The notes under the pieces: generated by a model
Told to the model about the DNA's origin: nothing
The model's database searches: none
What the model saw: only the letters and a program-made list of their open reading frames with translations
Part shown: positions 9,124 to 18,168 of the stretch, one piece after another
Layout: each line of letters begins with the position of its first letter
Position numbering within the stretch: the stretch's first letter is position 1
Assembly (NCBI GenBank): GCA_963847705.1
Contig: CAWKBC010000023.1
Span: 2,960-66,959 of the forward strand
Source: an uncultured Pseudomonadota bacterium
Lineage (GTDB): Bacteria; Myxococcota_A; Polyangia; Fen-1088
Direction: 5' to 3'
DNA length: 64,000 nucleotides
Program-made: the position numbers and the translations under genes

Positions 9124-11004
9124 CTAAAAGGATCCCATCGCCGCGACCGACGGCACCACGCCACCGGTCGCATCGCGCATGGGCGCCACCGTCACCACCG
9201 GCATCGTCGCGCTGGCCGAGTCCCCGGTCGTTCGCCCGTCGGGCAGCTCGTCCTGGAACCGGCGGGTTCCGAGCACGCCCGCAATGGCGCCGACCCCGGC
9301 CCCACCAAGCGCAGACCAGGCTTCGATCGACCGCGCCTGCGCACCTGGGCTGGGATCCTTCAAACAGTTGTCGACGTTGAACACGCAGCCGAACACGCCG
9401 CCCGCGATCCCCCCGGCCGCCGCGGCCAGATCGATGAACAGCACCCGCTGCCAGGTCGGACCGTAGTGCGACTGGTCGGGCGCGTAGGCGCCGATGAGGC
9501 CCGCCAACAGACCGACGTTGAGACCGATGAGCGTCCCGGGCGCCAGATCGAGCGCGCTCGTCGTCGGTTCAGCACAGTTGAAGATCTCGTTTCCGGGGGT
9601 CATGACGTCCGGTCCGGTGTCGACGCACGGCTTACCCATCGGCGCCGTCACACCGCTATGGGGCACGACGCTGTTCTGCCAGCCGGTGCCGTACGGCTTC
9701 CATTTGGTCGCGACCTGAAGCAGCGCGCCGGTGATCGCGCCGCCGGCGGCCGCACTCTGGATCAGCCAGCCGCGTCCGTAGGTCGGCGCATGCTTCGAGG
9801 ACAGTGCGCCGGCGGTCAGACCCAAGCCCAACCCCGCGATGCTGCCGACGAAGCCGGCCCGCAATTGATCGCCAACATCGGGGCGGCAGGGCTCGGGAAT
9901 GCAGGGGGGGGAGGCCCCTCCAAAGTGGGTCGCGATCTGGTAGCCGACGACAGCGGTCCCGAACCCTTCTGCGGCCCCGATCCACATCGCCCCGATGACG
10001 AAGAGCGCGCGGTTGTCGGGGATGTAGTCCGGGACGAGCGGCGTGGCCAAGAGGACTCCCAGCGCCAACCCGGAGATGCCGCCGCCGGTCGCGAGCAACA
10101 CCGAGGAGGCGTTCTGATTGCTCAGATCGCGCCCGATGGCGGCGGCCACGGCGGCGGCGCCGATGAAGGCGCCCAGCACCCCCGAGGCGGCGATCAGCTC
10201 GCGCCGCCCCGAGCGCTGCCTGTACCGGAGCTGGAAGCGGGAATCTCCGGTGAAGATCTTGTGCTCGCCGGGCGCCAGCGAGAGATCGATGGCGCGCGAT
10301 TCGTAGTCGGGCGCCTCGGCGAAGATCTCCACCGGCCCGGGCGCCAGATCCTGGCGGTACGGGTTGCGCGCGCGGTTGCCGTTCACGTAGAGCGTCGCGC
10401 CCAGCGGCGCGGTCTCGATCTCGAGGCGCGCCGGGATCGGCTCCAGCTTGAAGAAGAGCGGCTTGGTCTCGGCGACGTCGACCTCGACGATCCGGGTCTG
10501 CCCCTGGTAGTTCGGCTTGGTCACGTCGACGCGGTAGCGGCCGCGCGGAACGGAGAAGTTGTTGGGGGCCTGGCCGCCCGCCACCCACTGCCCCAGCATC
10601 CCGACGTGAGAGATCTGCACCGTGACGTCGTCGGGGACGGCGTTGATGACGAAGGTGCTCGGCCGCTTGTCGATGCTCTCGATCCGGTCGTGCGCCAGCC
10701 CCGCGAACTCGCCGTCGGGCACCTCGGTCACGTAGGCCTGGTAGTGCGCGCGCGCGTCCTTGAGCCGGCCGAGGAGGTACTCGCACTGGGCCATCATGAA
10801 CACCGCCGCCGGACGTGGTTTGATCTCGTTGGCCTTGGCGAACTCGATCAGCGCCTGCTCGTGCTCGCGCGCGTCGAACAGCTGGATCCCCGTCTCGTAG
10901 TGCTGGCGGGCGTCGGCGGTGGCGTCGTCGGCGCGCGCGGGCCGGCCCACCCCTGCGAGGAGGATCGCCATCACCAGCAGACAGGCGCGCGCCGGACGGA
11001 TCAC
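9124..11004 (-). CDS. TPR/PEGA-domain protein with a C-terminal glycine-zipper-rich polytopic membrane region
   Basis: GTG at 11004 overlaps the kinase TGA (GTGA). It has a signal-like N-terminus [27 protein letters not shown] and a TPR-like segment. PEGA-like repeats follow ([16 protein letters not shown]..., [18 protein letters not shown]..., [12 protein letters not shown]...), then many GxxxG/A-rich hydrophobic segments. Confidence 0.75.
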   Translation of the reverse strand: MIRPARACLLVMAILLAGVGRPARADDATADARQHYETGIQLFDAREHEQALIEFAKANEIKPRPAAVFMMAQCEYLLGRLKDARAHYQAYVTEVPDGEFAGLAHDRIESIDKRPSTFVINAVPDDVTVQISHVGMLGQWVAGGQAPNNFSVPRGRYRVDVTKPNYQGQTRIVEVDVAETKPLFFKLEPIPARLEIETAPLGATLYVNGNRARNPYRQDLAPGPVEIFAEAPDYESRAIDLSLAPGEHKIFTGDSRFQLRYRQRSGRRELIAASGVLGAFIGAAAVAAAIGRDLSNQNASSVLLATGGGISGLALGVLLATPLVPDYIPDNRALFVIGAMWIGAAEGFGTAVVGYQIATHFGGASPPCIPEPCRPDVGDQLRAGFVGSIAGLGLGLTAGALSSKHAPTYGRGWLIQSAAAGGAITGALLQVATKWKPYGTGWQNSVVPHSGVTAPMGKPCVDTGPDVMTPGNEIFNCAEPTTSALDLAPGTLIGLNVGLLAGLIGAYAPDQSHYGPTWQRVLFIDLAAAAGGIAGGVFGCVFNVDNCLKDPSPGAQARSIEAWSALGGAGVGAIAGVLGTRRFQDELPDGRTTGDSASATMPVVTVAPMRDATGGVVPSVAAMGSF

Positions 11005-12524
11005 TTGTCCGGGTAGCCCTCTTTGGACGCCGGCGGGAGCACGCCGCGTTTGACCGATTCGCTCGTCTCCGCGCTGGAGGGCGAGGCGACCGAGGGCCTG
11101 GCCGGGCGGCGCTCGGGGCGCGGCCGCACCTTGTGGGGCGGCGGGGCCGGCGCAGCGACGGCCCGAACCGGCGCGGCCCCCGGAGCATCCGCGGGCGCCG
11201 TCGCGGGCGACGGCGCGACCGACGCCGGGGGAGGCGTCGGACCTGGCGCCATCGCCACGCCGGGGCGGCGGAGCGCCGCCGTGACGCCGATGGCCAGCAC
11301 CGCCACCGCCACCAGCGCCAGCGGCCAGCGCTTCGGCGCGGCCGCGCGCACCGCCGGCGCGGCGCCCTCGACCGGACGCAGGCCGACGTTCTGATCGCCG
11401 GCCAGCAGCCGCTCCAGGTCCTCTTCCAGCTCCGCCATCGTCTGGTAGCGAAGCGCGCGATCCTTCTCCATCGCGCGCATCACCACCGCGTCGACGGCGT
11501 CGGGGATCCCCAGCTCGGGGCGCAGCCGCGACGGCGAGAGTGGCTCGTGGGTCAGCACCTGCGAGATGATCTGCAGGTAGTTGTTGGCGCGAAACGGGAC
11601 CTCGCCCGTGAGGCACTCGTAGAGCAGCACGCCGAGCGCCCAGATGTCGGCCCGGTGGTCGAGGTCCTCGTCGCCGCGGGCCTGCTCGGGCGACATGTAG
11701 AGCGGCGTGCCGAGGAGGAGCCCCGTGTGGGTGAGGCGGTAGGCCTCGGCGCCGTCGTCGCCCCCCGGCTTGACCGCCTTCGAGATCCCGAAGTCGACCA
11801 CCTTCACGAAGTCGGCGTCGCCGCGCCGCACGAGGTAGAGGTTCTCCGGCTTGACGTCACGGTGAAAGATCCCCTTGGCGTGCGCGGCGCCGAGCGCGCT
11901 GGCCGCCTGGCGCGCGATGCGCAGGCTGCGCTCGATCGGCAGCGGCGCCTCGCGCCGTTCGAGGTCGGCCAGCGACTCGCCGTCGAGGAACTCCATGACC
12001 ACGAACGAGCGCCCGTCGTCGGTGGTGCCGAAGTCGGTGACGTCGACGATGTTCTGGTGGCCGATCGAGCTGGCGAGGCGAGCCTCCTGCAGGAGGCGGG
12101 CAACGAAGTCGCTCTTGGCGTGGAACTTCTCCAGCAGCACCTTCACCGCCACCCGCTTGCCGATGAGCGCGTGCTTCGCCTCGTAGACCGCGCCCATCCC
12201 CCCCTCGCCGATCCGGCGCACCACCTCGTAGCGGCCGGCCAGCACCGTCCCGATGAGCGAGTCGAATTGCTGCTCCGGTTGTTGCGGCTGCGGCTGGACG
12301 GCGGTCGCGGCGCCGAGGCCTGGCGAGCGGTCGGGGACGGTTGGGGCGCTCCCGAGCTTCATGCTGGGCGACTCCGCCGGGCGCGCCGCCGCCGCCGCGC
12401 GCGGCTCATCCGCGCCTGCCTCCTCGACGGCCCCGGGCGACAGGGCCGTGCCGTCGCGGGGACAGAGCTTGGTCCCGGGCGGACAGTCGAGGTGGCAGGT
12501 CGGACAGGTCGGACAGGTCGGCAC
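11001..12524 (-). CDS. Hanks-type Ser/Thr protein kinase with Cys-rich N-terminus
   Basis: GRYEVVRRIGEGGMGAVYEAK...VAVKVL...HRDVKPENLYL...DFGISK...GTPLYMSPEQ. N-terminus (M)PTCPTCPTCHLDCPPGTKLCPRDG. One hydrophobic segment WPLALVAVAVLAIGVTAAL and a Pro/Ala-rich tail. Confidence 0.9.
   Translation of the reverse strand: MPTCPTCPTCHLDCPPGTKLCPRDGTALSPGAVEEAGADEPRAAAAARPAESPSMKLGSAPTVPDRSPGLGAATAVQPQPQQPEQQFDSLIGTVLAGRYEVVRRIGEGGMGAVYEAKHALIGKRVAVKVLLEKFHAKSDFVARLLQEARLASSIGHQNIVDVTDFGTTDDGRSFVVMEFLDGESLADLERREAPLPIERSLRIARQAASALGAAHAKGIFHRDVKPENLYLVRRGDADFVKVVDFGISKAVKPGGDDGAEAYRLTHTGLLLGTPLYMSPEQARGDEDLDHRADIWALGVLLYECLTGEVPFRANNYLQIISQVLTHEPLSPSRLRPELGIPDAVDAVVMRAMEKDRALRYQTMAELEEDLERLLAGDQNVGLRPVEGAAPAVRAAAPKRWPLALVAVAVLAIGVTAALRRPGVAMAPGPTPPPASVAPSPATAPADAPGAAPVRAVAAPAPPPHKVRPRPERRPARPSVASPSSAETSESVKRGVLPPASKEGYPDK
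12496..12522 (-). repeat. 9-bp tandem repeat x3 encoding (PTC)3 at the kinase 5' end
   Basis: Plus strand reads caggtcgga caggtcgga caggtcggc immediately 3' of the GTG start complement (12522-12524). Confidence 0.85.
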
Positions 12525-12601
12525 GCTCGATTTCCAGTCTACAACCGGCGGCGAAGGCTTGACATGCAGAGCCGGTTCTTTTCAGAGTTCATCGACGAAA
12601 A

Positions 12602-13231
12602 ATGGAGAGACCAGCACGCGCGTTCATCTTCGACCTCGACGGCACTCTGGCTGACACGATGCCGTCCCACTTCGTTGCCTGGACCAAGGTGACCGCCCGG
12701 CACGGGCTCAGCTTTCCGGAAGCCCGATTCTATTCGCTGGGCGGCGTCCCGACCGAGAAGATCGCCGGGATGTTGATCACTGAGGCAGGGCTGACGCTCG
12801 ATCCCAAGGCGCTCGCCCTGGAGAAGGAACAGACCTACTACGATGGCCTCGGCCCCGGCGGCATCGTGGCCATCGAGCCGGTGCTGCCGGTGCTGGCCCT
12901 GGCCCGCAGCCACCGCGAGCTCGAGGAGGGCCCGCTGGCGGTCGCCTCCGGCAGCGTGCGCCGCCTCGTCACGCGCACGCTGGCGGCGCTGGGGATCACC
13001 GACTGGTTCGCCGCGGTGGTTGCGGCCGAAGACACCGCGCGCCACAAACCCGAGCCCGACGTCTTCCTCGAGGCCGCGCGCCGCCTGAACGCCAATCCCG
13101 CCACCTGCACCGTCTACGAGGACACCGACATCGGTCTCGAGGCCGCGCGCCGTGCCGGCATGCACCCCGTCGACGTCCGCCTCCTCATCGCCGCTGCGGC
13201 CAGGACCGCGACTGCGACGTCTCCTGTTTGA
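12602..13231 (+). CDS. HAD-superfamily hydrolase (beta-phosphoglucomutase-like subfamily)
   Basis: Motif I FIFDLDGTLADT, later ...AVASGS..., and the C-terminal ...VYEDTDIGLEAARRAGM motif. Confidence 0.85.
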   Translation: MERPARAFIFDLDGTLADTMPSHFVAWTKVTARHGLSFPEARFYSLGGVPTEKIAGMLITEAGLTLDPKALALEKEQTYYDGLGPGGIVAIEPVLPVLALARSHRELEEGPLAVASGSVRRLVTRTLAALGITDWFAAVVAAEDTARHKPEPDVFLEAARRLNANPATCTVYEDTDIGLEAARRAGMHPVDVRLLIAAAARTATATSPV

Positions 13232-13417
13232 TCCCGAAAAACGAGCCGATCTTGGTCATCAGCTGGTTCTTCTGCACGGCGGTGGGGACCACGCCCCGCG
13301 CGGGCATCTCGCCGAGCGTAGGGTCGTTCCAGCCGCTCGCCGTAGAGGCTGGCCAGCTCGCGCAGGCGGGCCCGGCGCGAGCTGCCGCCGCGCCAGGATG
13401 TCGCTGATGGCCGCGCT
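13185..13417 (-). pseudogene. degenerate small ORF readable only by switching frames twice (+1 each time); no start codon found
   Basis: Three consecutive segments with G/C-rich third positions: ...AAISDILARRQLAP / ARLRELASLYGERL / NDPTLGEMPARGVVPTAVQKNQLMTKIGSFFGIKQ.... They join cleanly if one G is removed near 13365-13385 and one near 13318-13342. The 3' end overlaps the HAD gene 3' end on the opposite strand. Confidence 0.3.
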
Positions 13418-13419
13418 CG

Positions 13420-14400
13420 CTACGCTCGCTCTGGCGGCGTAGGGGTCGTGACGGTGCTGGTGGGGGTGACGCGCAGGCCGTCGGCTGCGGGCTCGGTGCC
13501 GCTGATCGAGATGGTGTCGCCGCGCCTGGCGCGATCGAGGGCGGCGTTTTCGCGGGCGCGGTAGCGGGTGAGGCGGATGAGGGGGTGGCGGCCTTGCGGG
13601 CCGCAGACGAAGAGGCGCAGGCGGCCCTTCTCGGGCATCGGATCGCTGACCACGCGATTGAGGGTGGGCGCCGGGGGGACAGGCTCGGCGCGGAGGACCA
13701 GGTAGCTGAAGTCGACGCGCGGCTTCGAGGGGACCGGCGCGGCGTCGTGGCACCAGTCGCGCTCGAGGGCGAGCGCGGGACAGGGGCCGGTCCAGAAGCA
13801 GGGGGCCACGACGTGCAGGCCCGCGGCGAGGACCTGATCGCGGACGGCCAGCAGCTCGCGGGAGGTGTCGCGCAGAGCCGGCTCGATCAGGATGAGCAGG
13901 CCATTCGGCGCGAGCAGCGTCGACCAGGCGCGGACGCGACGGGCACGCAACGCCACGCGCTCGGCCGGCGCGCGCTCGACGAAGAGCTCGTTCAGGAGGT
14001 GCGCCGCCACGACGAGGTCGAAGCTCCCCGATCCTCCCGCGACGGCCGGAAGCTCCACCGCGAGGTTCGCGCGCACCAGGCCCGGGCCCCCCGTCCGATC
14101 GACCGCCACCACCTCGAACGACTCCCCGAATCGCGCCCGCAGCACGCGTCCCCCCGCGCCCGTGCCGGCCCCGAGATCGATCGCGCGACCGGGCGGCACG
14201 GCGCCAGGCCGGTCGTAGACCTCCGCCAGAACGCGGGCCAGGGCCGCCTCCGTGCGCGGCGCGATGTCGCGAGCGTACTCGGCGCGCAAGGCCGGGTCAG
14301 CCAGATAAGGCGTCCCGATCAGCTCGCGCGCTCCGACGAGGCCCTGGTGAACCGCCGAGCCGCGCGGGCGTCGGTTGCCCGAATTGTGCGGCCTGGGCAC
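13420..14400 (-). CDS. Rsm22-like class I SAM-dependent methyltransferase
   Basis: GTG start. SAM motif IDLGAGTGAGGRVL, then DLVVAAHLLNELF, and the Cys-rich segment VVAPCFWTGPCPALALERDWCHD typical of bacterial Rsm22-family proteins. Confidence 0.75.
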   Translation of the reverse strand: MPRPHNSGNRRPRGSAVHQGLVGARELIGTPYLADPALRAEYARDIAPRTEAALARVLAEVYDRPGAVPPGRAIDLGAGTGAGGRVLRARFGESFEVVAVDRTGGPGLVRANLAVELPAVAGGSGSFDLVVAAHLLNELFVERAPAERVALRARRVRAWSTLLAPNGLLILIEPALRDTSRELLAVRDQVLAAGLHVVAPCFWTGPCPALALERDWCHDAAPVPSKPRVDFSYLVLRAEPVPPAPTLNRVVSDPMPEKGRLRLFVCGPQGRHPLIRLTRYRARENAALDRARRGDTISISGTEPAADGLRVTPTSTVTTPTPPERA

Positions 14401-14409
14401 GGGCAGGCG

Positions 14410-15435
14410 CTACCCCTTTCCGAAGATGTCCTTGAAGCTCACGATCACCAGCACGCCCAGCAGAAGCACGAACCCGGCCGTGTGAACCGCCGCCTCGATG
14501 CGCGGGTTGACCTTCTTGCGCATGATCGACTCGATCGCCAGGAACACGGCGCGCCCGCCGTCGAGCGCCGGCACCGGCAACAGGTTGAAGAGGCCGAGGT
14601 AGACCGACAGCAGGATCAGGATCCCCAGGAAATCGACCGGGCCCCGTGAGGCCGCCTTGGCGATCTGCTTGGTGATCCCGATCGGCCCCGAAAGATCGGC
14701 GTGCACCTTGCCGCGCACCATTCCGTAGAGCCCCTGGAGGATCCCGACCGAGGCGTAGTACGGGTAGACGACCGCCTCCTTGAGCGCCCCGGGAAGGCCG
14801 ATCGGTGTCCGTTCGTCGATCGGCCCGATCTGGATCCCGACCTGGTAGACGCCCGACTTGCTTTCGGCCGCCACCCGGAAGACGAGCGGCTTGCCGTCGC
14901 GCAGGACCTTGATGGCGACGGGCTTGCCTTGCGAGGACTGGATGATCTCGGTGATCGGGTGTTCGGCGTCGACGGCCTGTCCGTCGGCGTCGACCAGCAC
15001 GTCGCCCGCCTTCATCCCGGCCACCGCCGCCGGCCGCCCTGCCACCGGCTCGAGGATCTGCTGCGTCTTAGAGGGCATGCCGAAGGCGAGCAGCACGAAC
15101 AGCGTCAGCACGAACGCGGTCACATAGTTGGCGGCCGGCCCCGCCAGGATGGTCGCCATCCGCATCCAGCGCGGGCGATTCGGATAGACCATCGGGTCCG
15201 ACTTGTCGAACTCCTCGTTCGGGTTCATCCCCGTGATCTGGACGAAGCCGCCCAGCGGGATGGGCGCGATCTGAAACGTCGTCCCTTTGTGCTCGAACCC
15301 GAGCAGCGTCGGACCGAACCCGATGGAGAACCGCTCGACCCGCATGCCGCACAGTCGGGCCACCAGAAAGTGCCCCCCCTCGTGCAGGACGATGAGCAGG
15401 CCCAGCCCAATGATTGCGACGACCATCGACAGCAT
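14410..15435 (-). CDS. rseP: M50-family site-2 protease (RseP-type) with one PDZ-like domain
   Basis: HEGGHFLVARLCGMRVERFSIGFGP (HExxH), PDZ-like AGMKAGDVLVDADG, and the C-terminal NLLPVPALDGG motif. Confidence 0.85.
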   Translation of the reverse strand: MLSMVVAIIGLGLLIVLHEGGHFLVARLCGMRVERFSIGFGPTLLGFEHKGTTFQIAPIPLGGFVQITGMNPNEEFDKSDPMVYPNRPRWMRMATILAGPAANYVTAFVLTLFVLLAFGMPSKTQQILEPVAGRPAAVAGMKAGDVLVDADGQAVDAEHPITEIIQSSQGKPVAIKVLRDGKPLVFRVAAESKSGVYQVGIQIGPIDERTPIGLPGALKEAVVYPYYASVGILQGLYGMVRGKVHADLSGPIGITKQIAKAASRGPVDFLGILILLSVYLGLFNLLPVPALDGGRAVFLAIESIMRKKVNPRIEAAVHTAGFVLLLGVLVIVSFKDIFGKG

Positions 15436-15498
15436 CAGCGCAAGACTAGCATGGAGGTCATGGGGCGTTCGTATCGGGACCCCAAAAGGGTCGCCAGG

Positions 15499-16086
15499 TC
15501 ACGCGGCCAGGAATCGAAGGACGGGGCGGAGCAAGAGCGGCATGGGCGGGCGTGGGCGCGATCCGACCACGTCGATTCCCAGCTCTTGCGCACGCCGCTC
15601 GAACACCGCTTCGAACAGCATGCCTGGACCGCTGGCGCGCACGATCACCGGCAGGGCGGCCAGCCGGCGCGCGACCAGATAGCGGCCGCGAAGCACGACC
15701 GCGTCGCGGCCGGCCCGGAGCCGCGAAAGGGCCCAGCCGAGCGGCGCCAGCGAGACCCGCTTGCCGGCGTCGAGCAGCACGACCACGTCGCCGCGGGCCT
15801 CGGACGATCCCCGCAAGAACGGCCGACCGGACGACTCGCGTCCGAGCACCCGGAGCTCGGGAATCGACCCCGCCAAGATGTTCACGATCGAGAAGCTGTT
15901 GTCGGAGGAGCCGTTGTTGACCGCCACGATCTCGAAAGCTCGTCCGAGACGCCCCAGGTGCGCGGCGACGGAACGGATCTCGTGGCCGATCGAGTCTTCG
16001 TGGTTGCCCACGGCAATCACCACGGAGAGCTCAGGCGTACGCGGCGGTAGGGGCTGACCTCGCATCGGTGGTTCCCAGTGGAGCAT
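15499..16086 (-). CDS. glycosyltransferase family 2 (short)
   Basis: LSVVIAVGNHEDSIGHEIRSV...FEIVAVNNGSSDNS...VVVLLDAG: GT-A/GT2 N-terminal signature. ATG at 16086; an inner ATG (MRGQ...) is an alternative start. Confidence 0.75.
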   Translation of the reverse strand: MLHWEPPMRGQPLPPRTPELSVVIAVGNHEDSIGHEIRSVAAHLGRLGRAFEIVAVNNGSSDNSFSIVNILAGSIPELRVLGRESSGRPFLRGSSEARGDVVVLLDAGKRVSLAPLGWALSRLRAGRDAVVLRGRYLVARRLAALPVIVRASGPGMLFEAVFERRAQELGIDVVGSRPRPPMPLLLRPVLRFLAA

Positions 16087-16148
16087 GGAATATGCCGGCC
16101 TGATGGATTCAGTGATTTCAGTATCTTAGATCTTCGGAACCGGCCCGA

Positions 16149-16168
16149 GTGCGAACCCGGCTTCGCAC
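16149..16168 (-). terminator. GC-rich hairpin just downstream of the GT4 stop (no U-tract)
   Basis: gtgcgaa-cccggc-ttcgcac (7-bp stem). A second hairpin gtcagg-cc-cctgac (16169-16182) contains the stop codon. On the coding strand an AT-richer stretch follows, before the next gene. Confidence 0.2.
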
Positions 16169-16169
16169 G

Positions 16170-17300
16170 TCAGGCCCCTGACATGCGAATTCCGTTACAC
16201 GCCGCTGACACTCCCGTTACACCCTGGCCGGCCCCCCTTGCGGCCATTGCTTCGACGATCGCGCGGGCGAGAGCGCCGACCTCGTTGGTGACCACGACCG
16301 GGATACCGACGGCGTGCGCCTCACGCGCGGCGATCGGCGCCCCTTCGGTGCGGCCGTTCGCCAGCCGTCCGGACGGATGAGCGAACAGATCGGCGGCGCG
16401 CATCCAGGCGGCGACCTCCGCCCGCGGCACGGTTCCGACCAGCCGCAACGGAACCTCGAGCGCGGCGGCCAGTCGGGTCAGGCGCTCCCGCTCCGGGCCC
16501 TCACCGAGAATGACCACCTCCGCGCGTCGGGCGGAGGCGGAGCAGGCGCGGGCGCGGGCGCAGCCATGCAGCAGAGCGGCGTGCCCCTTGATCGGAACCA
16601 GCCGACCGACCGCCAACACGGTGGGCGCCGCAACACCGAGGCGGCTCCGAAGTGCCGCGTCGGGCGCAGCGCGCGGGGAGAAGAGCGCCGGTGGGACGTC
16701 GAGCGTTTCGACCGTTCCGATGCTGCCGATGTTGCCGACGTTGCCGATGCTGCCGACGTTCGCGGTCTGGCCGCAGAGCCGCGCGAACCTTGCCTGCAGA
16801 TCGGCGCTGACGAAGGAGAGCCGGGTCCCGTCGCGCGCCAGCCGGCGCGCCATGGCGCGGCCGAACGGGATCCGTTCGAGCAGCGCCACGTCGCCCGAGT
16901 GGGCGAAGGCGCGGCGCGGGTGGGTCGGCGCCGCCGCGGACGCCGCCAGCGCCGAAGGGACCAGCCAGTGCGATTCAATCGCCTCCCAGCGCCCCCGCCC
17001 CTGCCGCGCCGCCGTCGCCAGCGCGGCGGAGAACCGCGCCGCCGCCAACCAGATCGCGCCGCCACGCTCGAGCGCCTCGGGCGCCCCCTCGCCGTAAAAG
17101 AGCGACGGCGACGCGGGAAGGCGGCGGACGGTGAGGCGACCGTCGACCGTCACCGACGGGCCCTCGCCCGCCAGGCCCGCCGCCAGCACCTCGACCTGGT
17201 GCCCGTCGTCGAGGAGGCGTTGCAGGCGATCGCCCACGAAGCTGCCGGCGTAGTCACCGGCGTGGCGGGGGAACGAGGTGGTCAGCAGGCCAATCCTCAC
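16170..17300 (-). CDS. glycosyltransferase family 4 (GT-B)
   Basis: GTG at 17300 overlaps the upstream TGA (GTGA). VRIGLLTTSFPRHAGDYAGSFV...VLAVGRLVPIKGH...LFAHPS...EGAPIAAREAHAVGIPVV. Confidence 0.8.
   Translation of the reverse strand: MRIGLLTTSFPRHAGDYAGSFVGDRLQRLLDDGHQVEVLAAGLAGEGPSVTVDGRLTVRRLPASPSLFYGEGAPEALERGGAIWLAAARFSAALATAARQGRGRWEAIESHWLVPSALAASAAAPTHPRRAFAHSGDVALLERIPFGRAMARRLARDGTRLSFVSADLQARFARLCGQTANVGSIGNVGNIGSIGTVETLDVPPALFSPRAAPDAALRSRLGVAAPTVLAVGRLVPIKGHAALLHGCARARACSASARRAEVVILGEGPERERLTRLAAALEVPLRLVGTVPRAEVAAWMRAADLFAHPSGRLANGRTEGAPIAAREAHAVGIPVVVTNEVGALARAIVEAMAARGAGQGVTGVSAACNGIRMSGA
16717..16761 (-). repeat. 9-bp tandem repeat x5 (CCGAYGYTG) encoding NVGSIGNVGNIGSIG inside the GT4 gene
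   Basis: ccgatgctg ccgatgttg ccgacgttg ccgatgctg ccgacgttc read directly. The repeat is in frame and lies in the inter-domain region of the GT4 protein. Confidence 0.85.
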
Positions 17301-18127
17301 GGGGCTTCTTGCGCCTCGAGCGGAGGGAGACGCTCCGCAGCGCGCGCCTCCAGCCTCCGCCCGGGGCGGTGGGAAACGAAGAGCCGTGAGATGACGACGC
17401 GACGGACGAACGCGCGCAGGAGGAGCCAGGCGAGCGGCAGCGCGACGCGCGACGGACGCAGGCCCGAACGCCAGGCTGGACCGTAGACCGGCCGCACCGG
17501 CACGTCGACCACGCGCGCGCCGGCGGCGCCGAGGCGCGCCAGCAGATCGTTGGGATATCCGTAGCGCGCGAACATCCGCGCGGGATCGATGGCCACCAGA
17601 GCCTGTCGCGACGCCACCGTGTAACCGCACTGCGAGTCGAACAGCCGCCAGTACCCCGACGCCGCGCGCGTCAGCCAGGAGAGCGCCACGCTGCCCCCGA
17701 GCCGCACCGCCGGCATCTGCCGCCAGCCCCCGGGCCAGGCGAAGCGATTCCCCTTGGCATAGTCGGCGGCGCCCTCGACCACCGGCAGCAGGAGCTGGGG
17801 CAGATCCGCGGGATCCATCTGGCCGTCGCCCGCCATGACCGCCGTCGCGTCAGCGCCCAGCGCCAGCGCGCGCGCGTAGCCGGTGCCGAGCGCCGCCCCG
17901 ACGCCGCGGTTCCGGGCGTGGACCAGCACCTCCACCTCGCGCCCTCCCCCTCGCCGCGACGCGCGCCGCGCCGCGCGCCGGGCGACGGCCGCCGTGGCGT
18001 CCCCGCTGCCGTCGTCGACGACGATGACGTGGTCGACGAAGCCCGGCACCGAGCGGATCGTCCCCGCGATCTTGTCGGCCTCGTTGAACGCCGGAATGAC
18101 GACGGCGATCCGGTGTCCGCGAAACAT
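17297..18127 (-). CDS. glycosyltransferase family 2 (polyprenyl-phosphate sugar synthase-like)
   Basis: The inner ATG at 18127 of the 983-aa track ORF gives MFRGHRIAVVIPAFNEADKIAGTIRSVPGFVDHVIVVDDGSGDAT...NRGVGAAL...DGQMDP. The upstream part of the track ORF is an alternate frame over the kinase gene. Confidence 0.85.
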   Translation of the reverse strand: MFRGHRIAVVIPAFNEADKIAGTIRSVPGFVDHVIVVDDGSGDATAAVARRAARRASRRGGGREVEVLVHARNRGVGAALGTGYARALALGADATAVMAGDGQMDPADLPQLLLPVVEGAADYAKGNRFAWPGGWRQMPAVRLGGSVALSWLTRAASGYWRLFDSQCGYTVASRQALVAIDPARMFARYGYPNDLLARLGAAGARVVDVPVRPVYGPAWRSGLRPSRVALPLAWLLLRAFVRRVVISRLFVSHRPGRRLEARAAERLPPLEAQEAP

Positions 18128-18168
18128 CGCTCGCCGGGATGATAACCGATCGCGCGGTCGCGACCGCG

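Noticed and set aside
9124-11616. 830-aa version of the PEGA protein, and 501-aa version of wzt (51716..53221), with long N-terminal extensions.
   Set aside because: The extensions overlap the upstream genes in another frame and are compositionally junk. Internal starts at 11004 and 53035 coincide with start/stop overlaps and give canonical N-termini.
13259-13753. 164-aa minus-strand ORF and 96-aa plus-strand ORF (13152..13442) in the HAD/Rsm22 gap.
   Set aside because: Their translations are Arg/Pro-rich with no motifs. The only protein-like reading of this gap is the frame-switching one reported separately.
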